This document shows positions 39,475 to 52,295 of a stretch of 64,000 bases of DNA, one piece after another (the stretch's first letter is position 1; the number at the start of each line of letters is the position of its first letter). This DNA comes from Vicugna vicugna. Taxonomy: Eukaryota. Position numbers and translations under genes: made by a program. The notes beneath the pieces are model-generated. The model was not told the DNA's origin and searched no databases. It worked only from the letters and a program-made list of their open reading frames with translations. The stretch is from assembly GCA_013265495.1 (NCBI GenBank), contig MU058257.1, positions 1,106,020-1,170,019 of the forward strand, read 5' to 3'.

Positions 39475-40095
39475 CCCATATTCTCAAGCCACGTTACTGT
39501 GAGTGTAAATTGGGGAAACATCTCTGGAGGGCCATTTGGCAATAGCTCTCAAACTTGAAACGTGCCTATATGCCCTTCAATCAGGCAGTTTGAATCGAAG
39601 ACTCTATCCTACAGACATGTGTGCACAGAGACATACGGACAGGCGCCGTCATCGCAGAGTGGAGGGTCAGAGCGAAATCTTGGAAACAGCTTGAATGTTC
39701 ATCAGTAGGGAACGGGCTGGATAACTTGCAGTATTTTCCATACACTGGGATAACGTGCAGCTATAAAAATAATGAGATAGTCCTTCCATAAACACAATTT
39801 GGAACATTTTCTGGGATATGTAGATATGTGCGGAAAACAAAATTCATGACAGTGTGTGATACACTCGGACATTTGTACAGAGGGGGAGGAGCAGGTATAA
39901 ATACTATATGTATATAAGTGTATGTTTGAAAAGTACATAAAAATGAGTAATCTTGGATGTTTCAGGAGAGGGGAACTGGAAATAGGAAACCGAGGGCAGG
40001 CAATGGGCAAAGGTTTACTTTTCATATACATCCTTCATATGCTTTGAATATTTTACTGTGTAATATATAAGCCATTCAAATATGAAAAATTAAAA
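39475..40095 (+). mobile_element. Ancient L1ME-like 3' end
   Basis: gagtgtaaattggggaaacatctctggagggccatttggcaatag...aatgttcatcagtagggaacgggctggataa. Confidence 0.7.
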
Positions 40096-40265
40096 ATCCA
40101 TCAAATATTTAAAATTACATCAAACTCCATTACACATTTTGACATGGCTTCAGGAAAAAAATACTTGCTAGGAGATGGAGTAGACGTACTTAAGAATGTA
40201 CGAAATCTTGTTAAAATTGCACATTTAAAGGAAATGAGAAGTTTCTGATAAAACTAATGATTATT

Positions 40266-40348
40266 GGGGGGAGGGTGCAGCTCAGCATGCACCTAGTTCC
40301 TTTAAAAAAATAAATATATACATAATTTTTAAATTAAATTAAGTTTTA
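40266..40348 (+). mobile_element. Internally deleted SINE (copy 1)
   Basis: ggggggagggtgcagctcagcatgcac... flanked by perfect 16-bp TSD AAAACTAATGATTATT (40250-40265, 40349-40364). Confidence 0.85.
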
Positions 40349-40900
40349 AAAACTAATGATTATTAAAACAAAGTCAGAAATGTAGAAATATAGAAACAAG
40401 AGAAGGTGAATCAGGAAAATGGTAAAAGAAACCATTTGAAATAGAATTGTACAGTACAATATGTGCGGAAAACAAAATTCATGACAGTGTGTGATACACT
40501 CGGACATTTGTACAGAGGGGGAGGAGCAGGTATAAATACTATATGTATATAAGTGTATGTTTGAAAAGTACATAAAAATGAGTAATCTTGGATGTTTCAG
40601 GAGAGGGGAACTGGAAATAGGAAACCGAGGGCAGGCAATGGGCAAAGGTTTACTTTTCATATACATCCTTCATATGCTTTGAATATTTTACTGTGTAATA
40701 TATAAGCCATTCAAATATGAAAAATTAAAAATCCATCAAATATTTAAAATTACATCAAACTCCATTACACATTTTGACATGGCTTCAGGAAAAAAATACT
40801 TGCTAGGAGATGGAGTAGACGTACTTAAGAATGTACGAAATCTTGTTAAAATTGCACATTTAAAGGAAATGAGAAGTTTCTGATAAAACTAATGATTATT

Positions 40901-40988
40901 GGGGGGAGGGTGCAGCTCAGCATGCACGGGTCCTAGTTCCTTTAAAAAAATAAATATATACATAATTTTTAAATTAAATTAAGTTTTA
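40901..40988 (+). mobile_element. Internally deleted SINE (copy 2, from the tandem duplication)
   Basis: Same as copy 1 with the same TSD, but retains GGGTC at 40928-40932. Confidence 0.85.
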
Positions 40989-41715
40989 AAAACTAATGAT
41001 TATTAAAACAAAGTCAGAAATGTAGAAATATAGAAACAAGAGAAGGTGAATCAGGAAAATGGTAAAAGAAACCATTTGAAATAGAATTGTACAGGAATCA
41101 AAGAGCATGTTTACTAGGACAAAACCTTTTACCAGATTGAAAATACAAGAAGAGAAATATTTTATTGGTCAAACTTCTAGGTAAAGATTTGTAAATATCT
41201 ACCTATCAAAATGACCCTCAATTGCATTACTTTAAGTTTGTGGAAGAATATCGGTATAAACAAGCTTACACAATAAAATAGGTTGGGGGTGGAGCCACGC
41301 CCTGAGCAGCCCTACGAAGCACTGTAACCCAGAGGAGCATCGGGTTACGGTCAGTTCTTCCTTGTAAAGGTCACTTGAAGATATAGAATCTAAACTTTTA
41401 GCCATTGCTCTGCATTTATAGATATCAGAAGCTTTGTTAACACTTCTCTTTCTATCTTAAAAAGTATTTTCCTTTAATAGTCCTGGTTCAAGACCTTAAT
41501 GCATTAAGGGAGTCTTTTGTTTCAAGTAGACATTTAAAAACTGGTGTTTTGTTGTCCTGTTCTGGCCAGTTTTAACAATCATAAGCTGATGGGCTAAAAG
41601 GCTTGACGAGGACAGTAGCCACCAGCTAAAGAAGGAAATCACCATGTGGAGGACGGACGTCAAACGTCCTGCTGGCCTGGTCATGACTGCCAGTGAGAGA
41701 GCCTTCACCACTCAG

Positions 41716-42560
41716 GAAAAGACGCTCAGCACTGAAAATCATCAAGGAAATGCAAATCAAAGCCACAGTGAGTTATCGCCTCACACCTGTCAGAATGGCC
41801 ATCATTAAAAGAACACAGATACCAATGTCGACAGGGATGTGGAGAAAAGGGAAACCTCGCACACTGTTGGTGGGAATCTACATGTGCAGTCACTTTGAAA
41901 AACAGTATGGAGGTTCCTCCAAAAACTAAAAATAGAACTACCATATGATCCAGCAATCCCACTCCTGGGTATATGTCTGAAAAACAAAACAAAAAGAAAA
42001 ACACTAATTCGAAAAGATATTTGCACCCCAATGTTCATAGCAGCATTACAATTGCCAAGATTTGGAAGAAATCTAAGTGTCCATCAACAGATGAATGGAT
42101 AAAGAAGATGTGGTATATATACACAATGGAGTACTACTCAGCCATAAAAAAGAATGAAATTCTGCCATATGCAGCAATATGGATGGATTTGGAGGGCACT
42201 ATGTTAAGTGAAATAAGGCAGACAGAAAGACAAATACTGGAGGGTATCACCTCTATGTGCAATCTAAAAAATACAGCAAACTAGTGAATATAACAAAATA
42301 GAAGCAGACTCACAGATACAGAGAACAAGCTAGTAGTTACCAGTGGGGGGAGGGGAGAGGGAGGGGCAAGATAAGCATAAGAGATTAAGAGGTACAAGCT
42401 ATTAGGTATAAAATTAGCTACAAGGATGAACAACACAGGGAATACAGCAAATATTTTATAATAACTATAAATGGTGTATAACCTTTAAAACTCAAGAATC
42501 ACTATATTGTATACCTGTAATTCATATATTATACATCAAGTATACTTCAATAAAAAAAAA
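41716..42560 (+). mobile_element. 5'-truncated L1 (ORF2 C-terminus and 3' UTR), slightly different subfamily
   Basis: [24 protein letters not shown] and [38 protein letters not shown] peptides; A-tail; 3' UTR differs from the other copies. Confidence 0.95.
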
Positions 42561-44388
42561 GAATTGCTTTCATCAAAGTTTAATCCTGTTCCACAAATTT
42601 GTAGATGTTTTCTCAGGCAGATTCCACTCTGGTAGAACTTAACTGACTCTAAATGCAACTTAGGAGAAGATTAAAAGCATGTGCTCCCTAACACGCACAG
42701 GTGGCTGCAGTTTAAAGAACTGAATTGTTGCCAAAGACAAATGGCATTTTCTATGGGAGAAACACAAGGAGAGAAGAAAAGAAAAAGCAAGAGATAATGA
42801 AAAGAGAGGAAACATCAGAGGATTAAAAAAAAAAAGTCAATTTCCTCTAGAGGAGCAAACTCCTCCTCTTCCTTCCTGCCTCACAGCTCCGACCAGAACA
42901 GTTCCCTCTACACCACAGACTCAAGTCTCCTTCCATTTACCTAATAAAAACCATTTCCACCCCTCCCCTCTCTGCTTGAATCCGTCTCAAGCATTCTACC
43001 GCAACCTTGGTCAGTTCCTCTCCCCCGCCTTGTGGCCATTCACTGGCCATCCCTGCATGCGTGCAGCTGCCCGATGGTGGATGAGTAATGCGCCCACAGC
43101 TGAGCGAGTGTTTTATGGCTCTTGACTCTGAAGCTTGAGCCCAGCAAAGTGGAACAGACTTCATTCAACACAACCTGTTGTTACACACAGGCCCTACCTG
43201 CTGTACTAACCAGCGCTTAGAGCAGCTGTGGAACTGAAGTGTCTCCTCCAACTTCCATCATTACTAATTCTATTCACAGATTTTCTGCAGTTCCAAACGC
43301 TCAGTATTCGGCATTTGTATTGTTTCCTGTGATTCGACTAGGAAATGCCTCATCTAGGGCATGGCAGGTGTAGAAATGGTCTTACAAAATTCTCTCCTGC
43401 CTACAGTTATGGAAATCTATGACTCTACATTGGGGAACCAGATATCAGGGTAACCTCAGTGAATTAATCACTCATTGATCCCACAATATATTTACTGAAT
43501 GTTTAGGCTGCACAAGACCCTAAAGTTAAAAATGTGGACAAGATATAGACCCTGGTTTAAAACTGAAAAGAACATTGAACATGAGTGGAGTGTGGAACAG
43601 AAGGAAGCAGGTCCCAGAAGAAAACAATTAAGGATGACCTTTTCTGTGAGAGATACATCTGTAATGGTAGAGCAGCACCAAGAAAGGAGACCTAAGACTC
43701 AGGGTCAGAGGAGATCTCTGGTAGCAGGTGGATCACAAGGGAAGTCACTGGGACGTACGCAAGCCGATCAGAGAAGGGAGAGCAGGTAACGCTGCATCCA
43801 GAAGAGGCATGTATGCTCTGGAGAGAACAGACCGATGGGACCCACTTGTCCTCTGCTTTGCCCCAATTCTAACACAGGTCTGCCTTATCAGCGGTTATGT
43901 GTTGAATGAATAAATATTGATGACTAATGGGATCGTTCTGTACATCTGTAACACAGAGTTGGGGGAAGGGAATGTCAAAGAATGAGCTTTCAGGAGCAGG
44001 AAGGTCATAAAGAGTCGTACGTGTTTGTCGGAAAGGAGTTTGCAGCTTATTCTACTGGTAACAAGAAGCAGTGAAGAATTATCTCCAGAAACGGACATGG
44101 AAAACTCCATCATCATTTTTCCCTGGAGTTAAATGCCACGTGTCAGTGCCTGTTCCTGCCTTGGTCCTCAAGAGGTGTGACAGCACCTGGATACATCCTT
44201 GGAGCATGACTGTACCAGTGCATCCTTCTTTGATGGGACCTTTCCAGGAGGGAGTTCAGAAGGATGAAGATCAGATCCTGTGGGGTGAGTACAGACATAT
44301 TCTTAACACAACCCTAACTCCTCGGGAAGGGGAGCTGTGGGGTCTTGGGGTTTTACTCTATGTGCCAGCTAATAAAGTAGCTGATGAC

Positions 44389-44830
44389 TGTGTCATGGAT
44401 GTTCACAGAAAACACAAGATTTCAGGGTCAGAGACAATAGACTTATTACTCCCAGCACAGCACAGCGTTGGTACCACCTGTTGTCATGGTTTCCTTGCCC
44501 CGCAAGGTCCCATGGGTGTAAAGCTGTGGGCAGCCCGATGGATCCTGCGCCCACGGCTGGTTTGAATTACAGCTGAGGGACTCCGAGCATGGAGAACGCC
44601 CTGCTTTTAAGCAGTCAGCAAGCCTGCTCTTTGGGGAGAAGTGCAACCTTACATCTAAAAGTTGCCAGCCTCAAACACAACCCCGGGAACTGGCCCAGGT
44701 GGAGAGCCGTCCACCCTGCAGGAGGTAGGGGAGCACAGAGACCCAGGAATGGTGGCTTTTCTGAGCAGGAGGCATACATTCTGGCCCTGGGGGGAAATGA
44801 GGACAATTTAATGACAGTGACTGCCTTGGG
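44389..44830 (-). mobile_element. Old LTR fragment (ERVL-like, family uncertain)
   Basis: tgtcatggatgttcacagaaaacacaagatttcagggtcagagacaatagacttattactcccagca resembles the reverse 3' end of old eutherian LTRs; right boundary uncertain. Confidence 0.5.
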
Positions 44831-44999
44831 GGGTGCCATGCCTTTCTGTGTGTTTCCCTCCCAGCTCCCCTCTTCAGAGTCAGACTAAATTAGGGCCCCA
44901 GACTGCACTGCAAGGGGGCAGAGTCTGCTGCTGCGTCTCGTACTTCTCGACTTGGTAACTGTGGTGGTGGTCTGACAGCATGTGACCACCACGCACTAC

Positions 45000-45172
45000 A
45001 GCTCTACGTGAATTGTCTCATTTAATCTTCACCGCCCATTGTGGTAAATTCTACTGCAAATCATTCTCATTTTACAGATGAGGTGAGTGACGTACAAGGC
45101 TAAATGCTGTCTGTGATCACTCACGTGGCAAAGCCGGATTTTTAGTTTCAGAGCTGTCTGGCATCAGAGCCT
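45000..45172 (-). mobile_element. MIR SINE
   Basis: tctcatttaatcttcac...cattttacagatgagg...gtggcaaagccggattt...tctggcatcagagcc. Confidence 0.85.
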
Positions 45173-47399
45173 GTTCAGTCATTGCTGGGGGAAATGTCCC
45201 AGAATACCAAGCTGTTGTTTCAGGATCCAGAAGCACGCATGTGTGGTTCTACTAAATTAAATGCATCTAACGCTCTGCAAAACTTGTCCTTTGTAGATAA
45301 TCCAGGTGGCCCTGGGGTATTCAGGGGTTTGCTGCACAGAATTTGCAAGTCAGATCCTCCTGGTGGAGAACTCGGCAGGGGAGTAAGATGGAGGTTCTCA
45401 GAACAGAAACGAGAGCCCAGAGCAGGTGAGGAAGGAAAAGAAGGTTCGTCCTCTCAGTCTGGGAATGAAAGTCCCTGGGGGCTAATTTCAAGGAAGCGAC
45501 TGAGTATATCTTGCGATGGGAATGTGTCCAGACCAGCAGCTCGACTCTGCTGGTCGCCCCCGTGAGTCTCTGGGCTTCTCGCGAGGGCAGCTCACAGGTG
45601 AGGGTGGTTCGACCACTGTGAGGCAGGAGGTAGTCCTCAAACCACTGTCATGGGGTCACTGGCGAATGAGAATCAGATCAGTATCAGGAAGTGGGACGGG
45701 TGTCCAGGCGGGAAAGCAGTGGCTTGGTGCATCATTCTGGGAGGGGGTGAGGTGGGGAGTTACCAGAGCTGTTCGGGGACAACAACAGAGTGAGATGGTG
45801 TAAAATGAACCTGATGAGCTGGGAATCTGTGTGTCTGGGTGTCTATTCAAGGGCAGCCTTGCCAGGGCTGAGCTGCTCAACTCCCCACGTGGGGATCCAA
45901 GAACAGGAAACATCACATAGGGAGACCCCAAGTAGGAAAACCCCCAACGAACAGAGTGCCCGAGGGAGACAGACTTTAAAGACTGAGGCTGCTTGCCAAG
46001 GTTCTGCATTTCCAGACCCAATCCACAGACTGATCACTACACACACCTTTGTTTAATAAAACTCTGTAGCGCTGCATTGAGGAGGCTAGACAGGATGCGT
46101 GCTCTGGAGAGGGGGTCCACACTGGGCACTGTCCACACCCCCCAGGAACTCAGAGAGGCTACGCCCAGTGACAAGGACACGATTCCAACTAAAGCTGGCT
46201 TCTGGAGGAAGGATATAAAAGCCAAGGGTACGTGAGTGCACGCGTAGCTGTTTAGGCACCAAGACACGTGAAAGGGGAGAAATGACACACATCTGCTGAC
46301 ACCCAATCCTGTGACGTCTCTAGGAAGCCCTTCCTCGTCTGCGGGGAAATCTCCGTGCTAGCCTATTGCTCCTTCACACCCCCCCGCCCCAAAATTGTAG
46401 ATGTTTCTTGTCCGGGTACTCGATTCAATCTGCTTTATAGTTCTCTGACTTCTTAGACAGAAGACACTGACAATATTCCATCACTTTAGAAATGGTACTT
46501 TGGTATTACAGGGAACAGAGCTAGAGTATGAAGCCCTATAGATCTTTGGGGAAATTTTTAGTTGACTTTTTTCTTCCTTTTTACATCTTATAACATGAGA
46601 AATAGATTAGATTCTCAGTTTCAAGTATTCAGAACCAAAGGAGAGGATAAGGATCTTTTTTCCACCTTTATTTTGAGACGTTGCCTTAGTGGATAATACT
46701 TTAGGTCTAAGAATTGAGAAATTATATAATGAATATCCTAGAAAAGCTCTTTCATGGTCGAGAGGAGGCTCCACATATGGAACGGCACATTATTAACAAG
46801 CCATTCTCACATCCACCTGTCAGTGAAAACCGGTGACTGTGTAACAGACCACAGGCAGCACGAGGGCATGTTACAAACAGGATCAGAGACATGGTGACTT
46901 ACAGCCTGGGGCTGCCACCATTATGCATGTTGCCGCCTACCAGAGGGTCTACTTAAATGCGTTACTCCAAATTCCAAACTGCAATTATCCAATTATACAT
47001 CACCTTGCTCAGGGATTGCAGGTAAAGAACTCTGGATGAAGAGATAATGCCTAGAACATCTGTCTCAAAATCTACCCTTTATTGTTTTAAAAAGAGAGAG
47101 AAAAAAACTTTAAAACTTTGAAGGGGAGAAACCCCAGAAGATGTTAATGACAGGCTTCCAAGTCGACGCGCTTCGTTTGGGTCACGTGCTCTGTTGATTT
47201 CCGTTTTCCCTGCTGCAGAGTAAGGCTGAGTGAAGGTGCTTCTCTCGGTGCTGTGGGTGCCTTTCCTCGCCATTTCTCTCTGGCAAACTGACGCACACCG
47301 CCACTTTCTGAGCACACTTGGAGGCAGCTGCTTCAGCAGAAGTTACCTTTTGCAGAGTTCCATAGATTGAAGCAACGATCCATTAAAGAAGACAGCTTT

Positions 47400-47542
47400 G
47401 GTCTGGGATTCGGGAGCTGGGTGTGTGGTCCCGGCTCCTCCACCAGCTTGTGGCATGACTTTGAAAGAAGTCATTGCCTCTCTGGGGCCTGAGTCTTCAC
47501 ATCTAATTGGAGGGGGACGCAGGGGATGGTCTCAAAGGCCCC
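47400..47542 (+). mobile_element. MIR (MIR3/MIRc-like) fragment
   Basis: ccaccagcttgtggcatgactttgaaagaagtcattgcctctctggggcctgagtcttcacatct...gatggtctcaaaggcccc. Confidence 0.7.
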
Positions 47543-49248
47543 CCACCCCTAATACCATCTATGGTTACAGGAAAAAGGCGCAGTCCTTGGGAGAACTGTG
47601 AACAAAGAGGAGAGACAGTGGCCTGGAAGGAAAGTAGTTCAGGCTGAAAATCCAGGCCAGAAATTTAATCCAAAAAAATGGCAGGTGGCCGATGGCAAGA
47701 GTCTGGCTTCCAGTTTCACAGTTTCCATTTCAGATCTTGGAAGCCAGCATCTCTAGTCTTTTTGCTATTTTGGTGTCTCTGACTCCAAATCAGCCCTGAA
47801 CCCGAGCACTCTGTCGTGGGGTCCTTAGCGAGGGGCACCCCCAGCCCCCGGTTCCACACGTGTCTCTCCTCCCACCCTCCCCTTCACTGGTACCAACCCC
47901 ATGAACAGCACGAAGAGCGAGGAGCCGAGAAAAATGAAGGGAAAGTGCAGACAGGCAGCAGCAACACAGGGGAGGGGAGGAAGAGCCCGCGCCGCAAAGG
48001 AATGTGCCAAAGAGTTTGGCCAAAGGATGAGGAGAAGCAGAGGTGTGAGATGCCCCTCATCCCCTGAAGGGGAAATCTCAGAAAATACCCAGAGGGGAAG
48101 GGAGAGAGCCGAAAGCAGAGAGCCTGTCCCCCAGGAACAACTGAAGAGATCAAGAAATGAAAAAATGCCCCAATCAAGAGGAGGCATCATTATCAACTCC
48201 CAGGGGAAGATGCCAAAGTCCTGTTGCTGATGTCACGCAAATCCAGATGAGTCCAGGCATCAGCAAGACACACCACCGGGGTCCAAGGACCAGCTGTGTG
48301 AACCGACATGTCTCTCCTCATGCTCTGTTTTGATGCCTGGATGAGACCCGCGGCGAGACCCCAAGGGCTCCCTGAACAAGAACAAGATCAGTGCAATCAT
48401 TCAGTTGATAGCAATTAGATCTTGGTTGATGGGGACAGGGTAACAGATTGCCAGTTTGGGCAAACGGTATAGCGGATTCCAGTGTGTTTACTCAGCTGGC
48501 ACTCAAGTTCTCCATCACCAGGAAAGCAAATGCTTCTTAACAGTAAACACAAATTTCTGAAGAACATGGATCCTTATGGGATTTTCAGGTGGGTCGAGAG
48601 GTGTGTTTGGGGAAGGCAGGCATTTTGCATTCTATCCATCTAGCTAGAAAGAATGTAACCACATATTTCTCTAACCCAGATAACACAAGGAGAATATTGG
48701 TGACAGTCTGTGGACAGAGCAGCCCACGCCTCCTTCATTGCAAACAGCTCATGTGAGCGCCCTGCTAAGAAAAGGACACCGGTGGCCTCATTTGTGGTAT
48801 CTAAAGACAGCCAGGCATGCTGGACCCACCAGATGTGTTCCTGCTTTTCCCGGAGGACAGTCCCCTGCGACAGGACAGTCTCTGCTTTTAGACGGGGAAC
48901 TCCCACAGCGAGGTAAGACAGATCTGCCAGTGGATTCTGCTCTGACACTGACGCGCCAAAGAAAATCGCTACCAAGTGAATCAATCAGGTAGCACCCCAG
49001 AGCCCCCGCCCCCTCTTCCTGGAATGGATTTTTCTGCTGTGGTCATGAAACAAGTCGGTTCCCAGTTAACACGAATTCCAGATTCATCTTCCTTGCAGGT
49101 TCTCACCAGTCTCCGCCTGATCGAGTCCCGACATTGAACTAAGCTTTCTACCAGAATGGGGTATCTTCTGGAATAAAACCTGACCACCTCTAGCCAGCTT
49201 GGATCCTAATGCACGGTTATGAGACAGTAAAAGGTGTTTCTTCCCTAA

Positions 49249-49968
49249 GCCCTCCTGCACTGCTGGTGGAAATGTAAACTGGTGCAGCCACTATGGAGAA
49301 CAGTATGGAGAGTCCCTTAAAAACTAAAAATAGAGTTACCATATGATCCAGCAACCCCACTCCTGGGCAGGTATCCAGAGGGAACTCTAATCTGAGAAGA
49401 CACCTGCTCTGCAGTGTTCATAGCAGCACTATGTACAACAGCCAAGACACAGAAACAACCTAAATGTCCATCGACAGATGACTGGATAAAGAAGCTGTGG
49501 TATATTTATTCAATGGAATATGACTCAGCCATAAAAAAGAATAAGATCTTGCCATTTGCAGCAACATGGATGGAGCTGGAGGCTGTCAAACTAAGTGAAA
49601 TAAGCCAGAAAAAGAAAGAAAAATACCAGATGATATCAGGTATATGTGGAATCTTAAAAAAAATGACACAAATGAACTTATTTACAAAACAGAAACAGAT
49701 TCACAGACATAGAAAACAGACATAATTATCAAAGGGGGAAAGTAGGGAGTGACAAACCAGGAATTCAGGATTAACATATACAACCTTCAATATATGAAAG
49801 AGGTAAACAACAAGGTCCTACTGTAAAACACGGGGAACTACATTCAATCCCTTGTAATGGCCTATAATGAGAAGAAATACATATATATGTCTTTATGCAT
49901 AACTGATTCACCATGCTGCACACCGGAAATTAATACAGCATTGTAAACCGACTAAACTTCAATAAAAG
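49249..49968 (+). mobile_element. 5'-truncated L1
   Basis: ORF2 C-terminal peptide FIAALCTTAKTQKQPKCPSTDDWIKKLWYIY; degenerate TSD aaaggtgtttcttccctaa / aaagaagcttcctccctaa. Confidence 0.95.
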
Positions 49969-50293
49969 AAAGAAGCTTCCTCCCTAAAAATCCAAACTTT
50001 TGCCCAATAACAAAATCAGAAGAAATCAGACTGGCTCTTTAAAGTGATCCCTGGCTTCGTGAGCGCCTCAGTATCACACCAACTGCTGAGCTGCTGACAG
50101 GCAGGATTTCACAGAAATCAGTGGGTCCAGGTAGCTCCGGGGGTCCCTACGTCAAGCACTTCTAGGCTACAAATTACGGGCGACATTTCTAGACGCAGAT
50201 TGACAGCTGGAGCCAGGGCAGCCTTCTCCTCACCTTTGGAATATGATTAGGGAGCAAATTAGATTAGCCTACTCAACTTTTCTCATCTCCACT

Positions 50294-50313
50294 AAAAAAA
50301 AAAAAAAAAAAAA
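50294..50313. repeat. Poly(A) run (20 nt)
   Basis: Seen directly. Confidence 0.9.
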
Positions 50314-51154
50314 GCACATCCTAAGAATTCTGTTGCCACACTGATGCATGCTCAGGAGACTGGCACGTGCTTACTCTAACGAGCCTGTTTGGGGCTCGTT
50401 ACTGACGTTTACACTCTGCACTTTTAGGAACCTATATATCCAGGCCCCCAGACGGGATAAAAATACTGTTGTGATAAAATTCCATAGACGTTTGTTGATA
50501 ATGGAGTCAGTTCTAGATTCTCTCTCTGTAAAACCTCAGACACCAATCTTGCACTAGAGGACTTCAGAGTCCACTTCTGTTTTCTACGAGTCATTCTCCA
50601 ACTGTTTCCTTGAAATAACAGCGATTCCAGAAGCTGGGCCAAAATATTGCACATGTAGCATCCAGGAATGTCAGACAGCAATAATCGTCACTGGGAAAAA
50701 GTTGGAGTTAATGATGGTCCCGTAGGTTTTCTGATACAGATTTTCCTAAACCCTCGGAGCTTGCTCCGCACGTGTGTGTGACAGCGTGTTGGCAGATGAC
50801 CACGTGGATGAACAGACAGCAAACAGTTGGGGAAACTCGGTCCCCGCCAATCCTGCTGGTTCATCCGCTTGTTCCTTTCCCACGTCCACGTGTGCTCCTG
50901 GTGGTGATTTTAAATCACCAACATGTCACATGTTTCCATTCAGCTTTTCAAGTTTCACAAAGAGGTGGGGTGTCTCTACTCCCAGTTCAACTGACTGTTT
51001 CAAAATGGGTGTCTTACCTTCACAGGAGGGAACGAGCGCACCGCCACCTACGACTCACCAGCGACGATCTCTTCTGACCGACCGCCTCTCTGCAAAGGCA
51101 GTGAGCGAAACAGGCCTGAAGGAGGCGCCGTCCAACCCGCGCTCGCTCACCTAG

Positions 51155-51430
51155 AGCCGCGGCCGGACTTTCTCTGCGAAAGCCCAGCTGGGAGATTGTT
51201 CAGGCTTTGTGAGCAGCACGTGTAACTGCCATCCTAGTACAAAAGCAGGCAGAGAAGAGACGTGAATAAATGAGCATTAGGTGTTCCGATAAAGGTTTCA
51301 CAATTGATACTGAAATCTGAATTTTAGATAACTTTCGTGCCATGAAATATGCTTCTTTTTCTCAACCACTTATAAATATCAAAAAAAAATCACATTTGAC
51401 CGCCAGGCCATAGTTGGCCAACTTATCCTC
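51155..51430. mobile_element. MER58B-like hAT-Charlie DNA transposon
   Basis: aggctttgtgagc...aaaagcag...gtgttccgataaagg...actgaaatctgaattt...ttctcaaccacttataaat...ggccatagttggccaac follows the MER58B consensus. Confidence 0.8.
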
Positions 51431-51458
51431 GGGTCTAGCTGCTTTAAAATGCATCCTT

Positions 51459-51795
51459 CCTTATCGTTATGATTCCATTTACGTTAACAACGTAACACAT
51501 GTCAAAATGACAAATTACAGAAATGGAGACGCCATTCATGGTCGCTAGAAGTGAAGGCTGGAGGTGAAAAGAAGTGGGTGTGACTATTAAAGGACAGCAT
51601 TCGGGATTCCTGTGGTGGTGGAAATGTTCCGTATCTATGTCAACATCTGGGCTGTGACACTGTAGTATAGCTTTGTAAGATGTCATCCCTGAGAGCAAAG
51701 GGGTCATGAGATCTCTCCGTATTGATATTTCTATCAAATGCAAATCTACTATCATCTCAAAATTAAAAGCTTGTTTTAAAAAAATTTAAATAAAA
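51459..51795 (+). mobile_element. Old L1MC/MD-like 3' end
   Basis: tatgattccatttac...aaaggacagcat...gtggtggtggaaatgttccgtatct...aatctactatcatctcaaaattaaaag; 14-bp TSD TAAAATGCATCCTT (51445-51458, 51796-51809). Confidence 0.85.
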
Positions 51796-52140
51796 TAAAA
51801 TGCATCCTTGATCATTGGAGGACGGAGTACCTGACTCCCTCATCACACCTTTACCTAGATCACATCTACTGAATTGGCTTTGCCGAGTTTCCATCAAACT
51901 ACACAAATGGATGTGTAGAAATAGTAGGTGAACGTCACAACTGAGTTTACTGAGAGATGCCATGCAGAGCGTCACACAGTGCCATTTGATGGGGGGGGGG
52001 ATCTCTCTGGAGTCCCGACCAGAGGAATGGTTTACTCCTGGGCAAGTGTTTTATCACGGAGAACACTGATAGTGTTCCCTCTTTACTTTAACTGTGGGAA
52101 AGCTCACTGGCCAATTTGTTCAGAAAAGAGGGAAAAGGGG

Positions 52141-52295
52141 ACACTCATCTACAAAACAGAAACAGACTTGTAGACATAGTAAACAATTTTGTGGTTCCCA
52201 GGGGAAAGGGGTGGGAAGGGATAAATCTGGAAGTTTGAGATATACAAAGGTTAACCACTACATATAAAAATAGATTAAAAAAACGAATTTCTTCT
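52141..52295 (+). mobile_element. Internal piece of L1 3' UTR
   Basis: ctcatctacaaaacagaaacagac...ggggtgggaagggataaat...aaatagatt; lacks the L1 terminus. Confidence 0.85.

Larger units (their letters stand above)
39824..41094. repeat. Tandem duplication, two copies of ~635 bp (39824-40454 and 40459-41094)
   Basis: Copies read as identical except one 5-bp indel; 4-nt junction insert TACA; duplicated ORF starts in the ORF track are offset by 635. Confidence 0.97.

Noticed and set aside
39702..40666. Two near-identical ~106-109 aa ORFs suggesting a gene pair
   Set aside because: Antisense frames of an L1ME fossil copied by the tandem duplication
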